DNA of 63,621 nt, filler included, from Neoconidiobolus thromboides FSU 785 (GCA_025603075.1; 7 parts of 7 records of this genome joined end to end with filler, not necessarily neighbours in it), one strand, 5' to 3'. Positions 38,297 to 49,358 are shown, counted from the whole stretch's first letter. A program made the numbers and translations. The notes: generated from the sequence alone by a model not told the origin.

Positions 38297-38760
38297 TGTG
38301 AGAACTGGTACTCACTGATTGGAGTCAAAAACAGCTATTGTCTGATTGACTACACTGTAAGTTGAAAAGTCTTAGTTTGTGTGACTAAGATAGACTTGAA
38401 TTATGAAGAATATTACGTAATAGGCTATATACTATGTAAGACAAATAGAATAGACAATGCTACTGTAAAATATACGTAAAGTACTATTAAGAAAATTTAG
38501 TGGCTTTATTAAACATATAAGATATCATGGAACAATTCAGTTAAAAAGCCTCGAGTTACTATATTCTAAAATCTCTTTCATACTCTAAGAAGTACGGATA
38601 ACAAAACAAGAGGATAACATTCTTTGGGATGAAGCTAGAAATTCCCATAGCAAATTAAACTAAGAGCATGGGATCAATTGTCTCTGAACTTAGGAACACA
38701 ACAACTTAAGTGGTTATTATGCTATAAGCAATCATGGAGCTGATAAAGCGATATTTCACA
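38297..38760 (+). mobile_element. 464-bp solo-LTR-like element, diverged copy
   Basis: TGTGAGAA...ATTTCACA; same length as and colinear with 36478-36941, roughly 75-80% identical by eye. Confidence 0.75.
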
Positions 38761-39101
38761 TAGTCAAGTATAACTATATTATATGTTTTTTATTTTTTAA
38801 TTAATTTATATTTCAAAGTTTGGTTTTAAAATATATTTAGAATACCTAAAGCCTAATTTTTTTTTCGAATTTTTATTTAATATAACCTAACTCTTTTTAT
38901 AAATATCTTTATCTATTATAAAAAAACCTAATAAGTTATTTAAGAAGTCAGGCTTTTAATTAAAAACTTTTCATTTTGATTAAAAGTATTATTTTTTGAA
39001 GGAAATTTGGCAAAATATTCAACTTTTAAAAATTTGTTAACTCTTCTTACCTTTATAATAATATCTCAAAAACAACTGGTCCAATCATTTTGAAACTTTG
39101 T

Positions 39102-39207
39102 AAATGGAGATGTATTTTTGCGTTCAAGAATTTTACTGATAATTTTTCCACTCAAATAGCGCTTAAAAAGTGGAAAAAGTAATGAAGCCAAAAAAACATC
39201 CCCAAAT
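39102..39207 (+). mobile_element. MITE copy
   Basis: Consensus match. Confidence 0.85.
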
Positions 39208-39274
39208 AATCTTTTTTATATCAATATATCAAATTTGTGCAAATTAAATCTTTTAATAATTAAAACTACTTATT

Positions 39275-39380
39275 ATATGGGGCTGTTTTTTTTAGTTTCA
39301 TTATTTTTCCATTTTTTAAGCGCTATTTATGTGGAAAAATTGTCAGTAAAATTCTTAAATACAAAAGTACATCCCCATAT
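39275..39380 (-). mobile_element. MITE copy
   Basis: Consensus match with intact termini. Confidence 0.85.
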
Positions 39381-40999
39381 AAACTTTTTTGATTTCCTTT
39401 GTAATAAGAATTGTAGAAAGTTCTCTAGAAATTCAAAATGTTAAAAATCAAATAAAATTAGAAAAAATATAGGTATATCGTTATTTTATTTTTCTGTTCA
39501 TATAAAATTTGTTTTTAGAAAACTAATGCTGTTTCTTTCTATATTATCATACAATATATACAATACAATAATAAAATTAAACCAACTTTTCACTAAATGA
39601 ACAATTTTACATATTATCAATCTATTTTGAAGATCGTGAAACTTATGATCATGTACTGGAGAGTTGACAACTAGAAGAGAAGTATAGCTAATGATATTGT
39701 AAGATTTACCTATTGATCGTTTATAATACATTGTATTTTCCTTTTCTGTTTATAACAAACAATTTTCTGATAAATTTTTATATCAACATAGTTCAAATTA
39801 GTAGATTTTGCAATCGAACAGTTTATTTGGCATGTATTGTAAATAAACTAAGGTTATAATAATAGTTTGTATTTTATTTTAAAATAAATTAAATTGGAAT
39901 ACTATTAGGGACTGTATTTTTATAAAAGAGCCCTTCATACTTTCATAACCAGAATAGCAGCATTAAATTTACGGCCAAAGGAATTTAATACATAGCTCAG
40001 ATCAAATAATAAAAAGCAAAAGTATCATACAATTACTTTTATTATCCCAAAAAAGAGGTGATAGTGAGACAAATGAGTCTCCCATTTTTCGACCCAAAGG
40101 AATATATATAGTACCAATAAATCTATAAGCGGCCTCCTTGTTGTTCATTTCATAAATTTCACATGTTACGAGTTTGTTTCTAGAGATACAAAAGCACAGG
40201 CTATATTGCCTTGAAGTTACAATAATATAATAACCAGATAATGAATATTATCTAAATCTTTTAAAAATAGTTTAAACTAATACGCTATCATCTTCTTATC
40301 TAATACCGTAAACTTGAAACAAATATTCTTTTGGATCAAAGTAACGTATTGGATTTTACTTGCTTTTAAAAGAAAATTGTTAAAATTCAATCATAGTTAA
40401 TGAGATGATTAATAAGTAAATTACTCTGTATACAAAGTAATAGAAAATAAGGCTAGATCAATCAGGTTAAACTTAATGTTGGGATGCTCTATGTGGATAA
40501 GTATAAAGTTACTTTTAAATAGATATCCAGGATTTATATGCTCGCTGTTTGTGCCTTTTATTATATACTTAATCTTAAGTATTTTTGGCTCTTGTGAACC
40601 ATTTAGTAATATTGCATTTTATAATGGATTTTAATATTTGAAGTGAAGTTTTATTTATATATCTGTTTTATATCAGCTTTAGAGTTTTATTTAGCAATTA
40701 ATATTTTATCAAACAAAAAAAAACTACTGGTGTAATAAAGCTTCCATGCTATTCTAATTAATGAAAAATATAAAGCGATATACCACTAGACCACAGTATT
40801 AGTAACATCTTGATTATTGAGCTATTTCAGTATTTTGAAAAGCACTTATAAATTAATGGTAAATAAATTATAAGCTAGCCTTATGAAATAATTTGATAAA
40901 TAAAAAAGCTGTAAATAACAATGAACAATAATATAGCCTTTATTTTTTAGATAAATAATAAATTGTTTTTAACATGATGCTTTATTTTCTAACTTCTTA

Positions 41000-41480
41000 T
41001 GAAAGAGGAATGTCGTTGAATAATTAGCTTGATACTCTCTATATCATTTTACTTCATATACTCCAGTACTTTGTTTATAGACCTGGATATCTAAAAGTCT
41101 CCTAATTTTCTAGTTTTTCACATCACCGACAACTTTCTTAAAATACGTAATTTCTTTTATATTAGATCTCTCTTTAACCTAATGTGTTAATCTTAGGAAA
41201 GGTCTTTAGATAATCCAACAAAATTTCACAATTCTAAAAATTGACTGTACTTCCGGCCCTTTCTTTATTGATCTTCTTTGTCTTCAAAATCTGTATAGAT
41301 TACTGTGGGCTTTAGAAACTGAATTCATAAGGTTTTGTCAACCTATACCTCCTAAAGAAAGAGATTTCTTAGGTGTTATTCCTATCTTATTGGATATGCC
41401 TTATTGAAGCATTAGTTCTTTAAGCTGAGTGACTTAGCTCTTGATTCTTTCTTAGCTAATCAAACAATCGAGTTTATCTC
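41000..41480 (-). pseudogene. Possible retrotransposon gag relic
   Basis: Stop-riddled reading frame containing SCR*CEKLEN*ETF, which resembles a decayed CCHC knuckle; coding-like GC. Weak. Confidence 0.25.
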
Positions 41481-41699
41481 TATGGAAAGTAGAAAAACCT
41501 TCATTTATTGTAATTTTTTAATTTGTCCATACCATTGTATAGATCAATACAATTTATAAAGTCAATTAATCCACTATCAATAAATTTGAAAAATTTAGAA
41601 AAGGCCTAATTGTATTATAAATTAAGGATTATTCTTCAATTTAGATATAAAACAAATTAAAAGACAAAAACAATTCTACTAAATAAACCTTTATTAGCT

Positions 41700-42059
41700 C
41701 TAAACCATTTTCTGTAAATCAGGACATTCCCCTTTACAATAATTAGCACCTTTTGAAGCACAGCATTTTTGCATATTGCTATTACCCCAAGAGCAGTTAT
41801 GCATAAGCTCATTGAAATGAACCATACTAGCACCCTTGAAAGTTTCCCAACAGCAATCCTTAGTTGTTTGATACCAAATCATATTATCGTGTCCATAACA
41901 GAAGGTACGATCATTCATAAACTTCCAAAATAAAGCTTCGCCACCGGAATAAATTAAGTTCCCTGCTGCATCGTAAGCATCTCGTTTCTCTAACTTACTG
42001 TCTTGTGGTAATGCTGAGGCTAAGGTAATGATAGAGAGGAATCCCAATGTGAATTTCAT
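41700..42059 (-). CDS. Small secreted cysteine-rich protein (119 aa, 8 Cys, Kex2 site)
   Basis: MKFTLGFLSIITLASA signal peptide, LEKR Kex2 site, C-CC-C-CC-C-C pattern; TATA-like TATAAATA ~120 bp upstream. Confidence 0.85.
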   Translation of the reverse strand: MKFTLGFLSIITLASALPQDSKLEKRDAYDAAGNLIYSGGEALFWKFMNDRTFCYGHDNMIWYQTTKDCCWETFKGASMVHFNELMHNCSWGNSNMQKCCASKGANYCKGECPDLQKMV

Positions 42060-42799
42060 GATGATTATAGTATATTAAAGTGATTTAGCAAATTTCTAGT
42101 CAATAGAAATGGGTTGGATTGGCTATGAATAGATTTCAAATCTAAATTATTTGAATTGTTTTCGCATGAATCGCTTGTATTTATACTTTCATATTGTCAG
42201 CTTAGATAAACTATGTTATGTTACCATGTGAAATAATGGTGTCTCGCAAATTGATATATAGCTTTTAATATAATATTCCTCTATGATTTTTATAGAACCT
42301 TTTGGAGTCCTATAATTAGTAATTTCATACTCAAATTTTGTTAGACTTTAATACGTTTTAATTAATTGGTAAACTAATAACATTAATTCTAGTATTGAAT
42401 TTTTTTAAATCTCGATGAGAGAATCCTTTGGAATTTATTTGAAAAGTCATATTAGAAAAGCGTAGAATAGCTGAAGGCTGTTGTTATTAGTTAAAACATA
42501 CTTTTCCATTTTTGAAGGATGTACAACCTCCATTCTACTATAAGTATCCTTTTAGGACTAAAGAAACTCTTTGTATTATTGTTCTTGTATAAATAACTAG
42601 GTATTAATCGACAAATGTTATTCGCGAAGATTGACCTAAATAGCTCGATACTAAAACCAATGAAATATGTTAAAAAGTCATTAATTTAATCCAGTATTTA
42701 TATATAGTAATGTTTGAGTCTCCTATCATTACCCGAGATCTAAGTTTTAATAATAATAATACTAATAAATATTTCATAAATTAATTCGCGAACTTGAGT

Positions 42800-43965
42800 A
42801 ATATTTACAAAAATCCAATTGACCCAAAAGGGTCAATTAAAACTGCCTTATATTATCAAAATAGTATAATATATATTCTCTAATTAACAAATATATAGCT
42901 TAAGGCCTAAAGATTACTTTAGAAACATTCAATTACATTTTTATATATTAAAAGCAAAAATTGTTTTATAGCCTTAACTATTTCAAACGTTTTTAAAAAT
43001 TATTTTAGTTGTAATATAATGAATAAATTATTAAATAATATAAAAAGGTGACTAAGTACTTGAAAGTTTACTTCATACTTGTTTTACTAACAAATAGTAT
43101 ATTAAAAACCTGATTATTAATTTAAAGCCACCAATGATATTTTAGCAGAAATTGTATTGACGTTTTTGAATCAATAGCTAGATTATTTGTGTACTATATT
43201 AAAATAAAATAGCCATCTTTCAAAAAAATTAGTTTCATTTTAACTTAATAAACATCTCATAAAAGAATATAAAACAAGAGCTATTAAATATTTAAGATTT
43301 TACTTTATGTTTTATTAATACTTTACAATACATTAAAGAGTTGGTTCTTGTTTTAAAAGCATTATTGGGTTTTGTAAAAGTAATGATAGGTTTTTTAGTA
43401 AAACCTAGCTTCTTAACATCATAAACAATATAAGACATTGGGGGTATTTTTTAGTTATTATCCTTCTTTGCTATTTTTTAAAGTTTAGAAATCAACTGAC
43501 TAATGTGACTATTTAAACTTGGATGTTGTGCTAACTATTCATTTTAATAGATATTAAATTAACAGGCCTCAATTAGCATATAGAACAATAGTTATAAAAT
43601 TCATCGTTCACCAGTGCGTATTCAAGTCTAAACAGCTACATTAGTCAGTTGATTTCTAAACTTTAAAAAATAGCAAAGAAGGATAATAACTAAAAAACAT
43701 TCACATAAAAAACAGTACTTAAGGTATTTAACGATCTTTGTTCTATATTAGTTGATAAAATACTGATTAAGCTATAATAAAATTAGCTGCTTCTTAAAAG
43801 TAACTTTGATTTTTTTTCAACACAGTGTTAATTATTTTAAGATAAAAATATAATTAAATGTCATTAGAACACTTTTTAGATCTTAATATGTATATTATTT
43901 CATTTTAAATAAAATAAAGCAGATTCAATTGACCCTTTTGGGTTGATTTTAAAAACATATATTAA
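42800..43965. mobile_element. Degenerate ~1.15-kb non-autonomous TIR element
   Basis: Arms of ~60-70 bp at ~42817-42885 and ~43880-43948 are inverted homologs; each contains the palindrome AATTGACCC-AAAA-GGGTCAATT or a variant. Confidence 0.5.
43436..43707. mobile_element. Foldback element with perfect 60-bp inverted arms
   Basis: 43447-43506 is the exact reverse complement of 43638-43697; outer ends resemble the GGGG-type MITE terminus. Confidence 0.75.
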
Positions 43966-44400
43966 TTAAAATAATTTAACTAACACTACAATAAATTTGA
44001 TAAATTCAAAAACTTGCCAAAAGCAGGTTTTTCTAGCCTTAATTATAGTCAAGATTAAAATTGAGAAAAATAAAATAACAATCGATTTTGATTCCTATAT
44101 TTAAAGCTTGAAAAAATCAATAGTAGAATGAGATATAGTTTAAAATAAATTTATCTTGATGTTTAGAAAGCGAAACGTAAAAATTTTTTAAGCACTTGGT
44201 TACATTTTGAGCTTCCCATATTTAAATTTATTTAATTATTGGGATGGACTCACATTGTTTATAGAAAATTGTAATTACAATTAAATTTTGTAAGCCTCAA
44301 TTTATAAAATACTAAGTGATTTAAATTAGGAAAAAAAGAATTTAGTAAAAATTGTATTTAATAAAAGATATAAAACAACCCTAATAGCCGTTTCCCCTCT

Positions 44401-45231
44401 TTACTTTGATAAATGCTTTGAGAAGAAGTCAGCAGTTAATTTTATAACATCATTAACTCTTTTACAATTATGTTCATCAGTAAAATCCCCACGAGTAGCA
44501 GCAAAACCATGCACATTATCAGTAAAATCATGCATTTCAGATTCCTTTAATAATTCTGGTTTGATCAAGTTAAAGTAATGCATCTAAAATAAATTAAACA
44601 ATATTGAAAAAATTATATGACGAGTATTACGATTTCACGTTCTTCTTTGGTAGGAGCAAATAATATTGGTTGGTTGATTGCCTCAAAGGACTCTTTGACA
44701 ATAAAGGAAGGATGAATGGCAACACCTGCTTTGAAAATAGGAACTTGAAGTTTAAGAGCATCAAACACTATTTTGCCTCCCCAACAAAAACCAACAACAC
44801 CTACGTTTGGCGCTTTTCTATCGATGTTTAAATGATCATAGATAAGTAAAATATCCTCATGAATTTTATTATCAAATGAGTATTCAACAGTAGCCATATG
44901 AATTAGTTTGTCCATGCTGATATTGATTATTAGTTAGTAAACAAATCAGTACAAAAATAAACTACTTTTTAGTCGGCCAATCCTCCAAGGGCCAGGGCTT
45001 ATTTCTAAAAAAATCAGGAATAATGACATGATAACCAGCGGATGCCAAGATATCCCCAAATTGATAGGCATTGTTATGTTTACCAGCTAAATCATAAACA
45101 AGAAGAATCAATGGATCCTTTTCGTCTCCAATAGAATAATATTCTAAATCTTTGACAGTAAAAAAGCTCCCTTGAGGCTTATAGTTAGATTCAACTGGTT
45201 TTAGAGTACAGCAAGATTTGGAAAGATACAT
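44401..45231 (-). CDS. Dienelactone hydrolase family protein (AIM2-like), 3 exons
   Basis: SKSCCTL, LVYDLAG, VIIPDFFR, VGVVGFCWGGK, AIHPS and DNVHGFAATRGD. Confidence 0.9.
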
Positions 45232-46011
45232 TGTTTTTTAAACATTTTAACACTTCTTTTGGATATTTATATATTTTTCATTGGTGCTTGAATAATGCTT
45301 ACGTTTGCAGTGTGATCCAAACTCATATTATGTCATTGCTTAATTATAAACCATTACACACAGAGAATCACTTATTTTGATTAATAACATCTGTTTATAA
45401 TAACTGTATGTACATTAAGAGCATACTATTATCATTGCCTCTATTGATATATACAATTTTACAATTACTTATTAAGTGCATATATAGCTTCCATAACTCA
45501 ATGTCTTTTTGATTAGTAATTAAATTATAAAGTCAACGTAATCTAACTTTCATCATTTTTTATTCTAAACCAATTTCAAAATATCCTTATATTTGATATT
45601 AGCGCAGTTTTAGTTTATTTGTTAATTCAACAACCAGGATTTACTTAGAATGGTCTAGTTACAGTTGTTGCTACTCCTTTCTGACTGTTTAGTGGTATTT
45701 TTGTGAAAAATATTTATTTAGCTAATTCTTTAAGACCCAATTTTCATATTTTATTTAAAATTAAACATAATTTTTTTCTTTAAATGAACAGTTGATTATA
45801 TCGCAAAAAAGTTGCAACAACTGGGATGCTATTTTTTGCAATTGTAGCTCTATAACTTTTTTCATTTAGCAATAATATTAAATTGCATTTAAATAACTCT
45901 CAAAACAATAAATGAGACGAATATTCATCTTCGGTCTTATGATTGGTCTCAGAGCTATTTATAAAATTGATATCTGTCTTTAAATATATAGTAATAATTT
46001 TTTAAATGAAG

Positions 46012-46112
46012 CATAGGGGTGTACTTTTTTATTAAGAATTTTACTAACAATTTTTCCCCTCAAACAGTGCTTAAAAAATAGAAAAAGTAGAAATCAAAAA
46101 ACACTCTCATAT
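46012..46112 (+). mobile_element. MITE copy
   Basis: Consensus match. Confidence 0.8.
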
Positions 46113-46164
46113 GTTAAACTGTTAATACTAAATTTTATAATAAAATTATTTTATTTTGTTTTCA

Positions 46165-46230
46165 AAAAAAATCATAGTTAAAAAAATCATAAACAAAAAA
46201 ATCATAAACAAAAAAATCATAGATAAAAAA
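46165..46230. repeat. 15-bp tandem repeat x4
   Basis: AAAAAAATCATAGTT / AAAC / AAAC / AGAT units. Confidence 0.85.
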
Positions 46231-47132
46231 TAGTATTTAAATTAAAAATAATAATTTGCTTTATTTTTGCTTTTATTTTTATTTTTACTGCTGTAGACTT
46301 GCTCATAGAAAAAAGGAATTTATGCAATATCTAATAATAATTAATTTTGAATTTTTAAAACTAAAACAATAGTTGTAATTTTATATTTCATTAAAATATC
46401 GCTAAAACAGTTATTATATTTTCAAAAAAGAATTCTTGAAAGTTCAAAAGCCCAGTTGTTCTATTTAATATAGCAAGGAAGCATCATTAAAAAAAGTACT
46501 ACATTTCATTTACATCAAAAAAAACTTCAAATTCAATCCCTCTTGCCAACTATGATATAATCTTACCCGTCACTTTATAAAACCCAAAGCTGTCTGACCA
46601 AAATCTTTTAAAAAATTATCTAAATATGCTACTTTGGTTCACAATGGCCAGGTCATCAGACCTATTGTAACTTTTAGTTTGATCAAATGATTTGATTAAA
46701 TAAGAATGACTATTTTTTCGAAAACTTTCGAAAATGGTTAATTTAGTTGGATTGAATTTCGTGGGAAAATTAGCATCCTTGCATTAAGGTTCTTATCAGG
46801 GATAACGAATTGTTCAAAGTTTAAAATGAGACGAATACGATTTATATCCTATGATCAGCTAAACTAGATTAAGTCAGATATAAAAGAGACAGTATAGTGA
46901 TTTTAGAATCATCCAAATATAAATTAAATAATATAAAAATCAAATGATTATAATTATAATTAACTTGCATCTTACTATGCCCTTAGCATTCACATGGCTT
47001 ACTTTTCGATTTAATGCTTTTCTGTTCTGTTTTCGAAAATGATATAAATAGAAGCAGAAACATGCTTTAATTCTTAAGCTTTTATTAAAGTACAACATTT
47101 TTACAACTAATTATTTTTATATTTTAATCACT

Positions 47133-49358
47133 ATGCAAAAGAGTGCCATTCTAGTATCTTTTATCTTTGGCCTCCTCGGGGCTGTAGCAGGGGACAGTGT
47201 AAAGTTTAACAATATGAAAGACTATAAAAAAATAAATGAGAATGAAATTGTTTTCATTAGTAGAAATGAAAACAAGCTTAAGGTTACTTGGTTAGAAGAC
47301 TCTATTATTCGTGTACAAGCAGTTAAGAAAGGAAAAGATTTTGAAGAGTTACCACTACCAATTACTGTTGCTAAAGATTTCAAGACGCCCAAAATTCATT
47401 CTTATAACAATGGTAACTGGCATGAGATTCAAAACCAGGACTCTAAGCATACTTTAAGAGTGAACTATTATCCATTGAGATTACAACTTATTAAAGGAAA
47501 AGATACTATCTTTGAAGAGGCAGCACCACTTGAGTTAAACGATTTAGGTACTGTACAGCTATTAAAACAACGTGAAGATGAACAATTCTTTGGTGGTGGT
47601 ATGCAAAATGGAAGATTTACTCACCGTAATACCAAATTAAATATTACAGTAGACTACAATTGGGATGATGGAGGTAACCCAAATCCATCACCATTCTATA
47701 TGTCCTCTAAAGGTTATGGCGTATTTAGAAATACATTCACTCCAGGGTATTATGATTTTAATTCACCTCTAAATTTAACTCACGTTGAAGATCGATTTGA
47801 TGCTTATTATTTTATTGGTGATTATAAGCAAGTTTTGAATAGATATACTTATCTAACTGGTAGACCCTTTATGCCACCAATTTATGGTTTGGAATTAGGA
47901 GACTCGGATTGCTATTCTAAGACTGCTAATGGTAGACCACCAAAAGATACATTAATCGATTCTACTAAAGTAGCTGATGGTTATGTACAAAATGACTTAC
48001 CTATTGGATGGATGCTAGTCAATGATGGTTATGGTTGTGGTTATACTCAACTAGATGAAACTAACCAAGCATTAGCTAAGAGAAATATTTCCTTAGGTTT
48101 ATGGACAGAATCTAACTTAACTAATCAACCAACAGAAGTAGGTAAATGGGGAGTAAGAGTAAGGAAATTAGATGTTGCTTGGGTGGGTGATGGTTATGAA
48201 TTTGGATTTAAAGCATGTAATGAAGCTTATAATGGTATCCAAGATTACTCTTCAGCACGTGGTTTTGTATGGCAAGTTGAAGGTTGGGCTGGAGTACAAA
48301 AATGTGCAGTACAATGGACAGGCGATCAAAGTGGAAGTTGGGAAAATATAAGATTCCATATCCCTACTATCCATGGATCAGGTTTATCAGCCCAAGTATA
48401 CACTGCTGGTGATGTAGATGGTATTTTCCGTGGTAGTGCAAACACCTATATTCGTGATTTACAATATAAAGTATTTACTCCAGTTTTTATGACTATGTCA
48501 GGATGGGCTAAATTTGATAAACAACCTTGGAGATATGGGGAACCTGGAACTTCTATAAATAGAAAATATTTAAAGTTACGTGAACAGTTATTGCCATACA
48601 TTTATACCTTAGCCCATGAAGCCCATGAAACTGGATTCCCTATTGTAAGATCTATGGTGTTAGAATATCCTAAAGATAAAAATACTTGGGATAAGGAAAC
48701 TACTAAATATCAATATATGTTTGGTTCCTCTTTCTTAGTAGCCCCTGTCTATAAAGATGAATTAAAGAGAGATGGCATTTATTTACCTGAAGGAAAATGG
48801 ATTGATTATTGGAATGGGAAAGTATATACTGGTCCTACTACCTTAAATGGATATAATGCCCCATTAGACACTTTACCCTTATTTGTTAAAGAAAATTCTA
48901 TCATTCCTATGTGGAATAAAGTTAATTCATACAGAGAGCGTAAACCAGATCATCCAATTATTTTAGATATTTATCCATCCGCCGGTAAATCGACCAAATA
49001 TACTTTATACGAAGATGATCTTGTTACTCGTCAGTTCCAAGACAAAAAATATAGCAAACAAGAGTTCTCACTTGAAGGTAAATACAATGGGTTTAAACTC
49101 AAGATTGGTGAAATCAAGGGTAGTTATGACGGAATTGCTACGGAAAGACCATATATTTTAGTTATACATACTACATCTGCTCCAAAGTCGGTTGAATTTA
49201 AGGGCGCTTCTAAATTGGAATCTAAACCCGTTACTGATAAGGCTGCTGATAACAAAGAGGGTTGGTATTATGATGCTAACGATCGCAGCGGAGCACTTTA
49301 TGTCTCAGTTGGTAAACTCAAGGCTAACCAAGAACTTGATGTCCAAATATCTTTATAA
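47133..49358 (+). CDS. Secreted GH31 glycoside hydrolase, alpha-N-acetylgalactosaminidase (Nag31)-like
   Basis: Signal peptide; FGGGMQNGRF, NWDDGG, LTGRPFMPP, GWMLVNDGYGCGY, KLDVAWVG, WTGDQ, GDVDGIF, YIRDLQYKVFTP, LLPYIYT, LVAPV, YLPEGKWIDYW and LPLFVK; intronless, 741 aa. Confidence 0.9.
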   Translation: MQKSAILVSFIFGLLGAVAGDSVKFNNMKDYKKINENEIVFISRNENKLKVTWLEDSIIRVQAVKKGKDFEELPLPITVAKDFKTPKIHSYNNGNWHEIQNQDSKHTLRVNYYPLRLQLIKGKDTIFEEAAPLELNDLGTVQLLKQREDEQFFGGGMQNGRFTHRNTKLNITVDYNWDDGGNPNPSPFYMSSKGYGVFRNTFTPGYYDFNSPLNLTHVEDRFDAYYFIGDYKQVLNRYTYLTGRPFMPPIYGLELGDSDCYSKTANGRPPKDTLIDSTKVADGYVQNDLPIGWMLVNDGYGCGYTQLDETNQALAKRNISLGLWTESNLTNQPTEVGKWGVRVRKLDVAWVGDGYEFGFKACNEAYNGIQDYSSARGFVWQVEGWAGVQKCAVQWTGDQSGSWENIRFHIPTIHGSGLSAQVYTAGDVDGIFRGSANTYIRDLQYKVFTPVFMTMSGWAKFDKQPWRYGEPGTSINRKYLKLREQLLPYIYTLAHEAHETGFPIVRSMVLEYPKDKNTWDKETTKYQYMFGSSFLVAPVYKDELKRDGIYLPEGKWIDYWNGKVYTGPTTLNGYNAPLDTLPLFVKENSIIPMWNKVNSYRERKPDHPIILDIYPSAGKSTKYTLYEDDLVTRQFQDKKYSKQEFSLEGKYNGFKLKIGEIKGSYDGIATERPYILVIHTTSAPKSVEFKGASKLESKPVTDKAADNKEGWYYDANDRSGALYVSVGKLKANQELDVQISL

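Noticed and set aside
47133-49358. Lack of introns as proof of HGT for GH31
   Set aside because: EXO70, the PPR gene and GH17 are also intronless here, so only the motifs and a phylogeny carry weight
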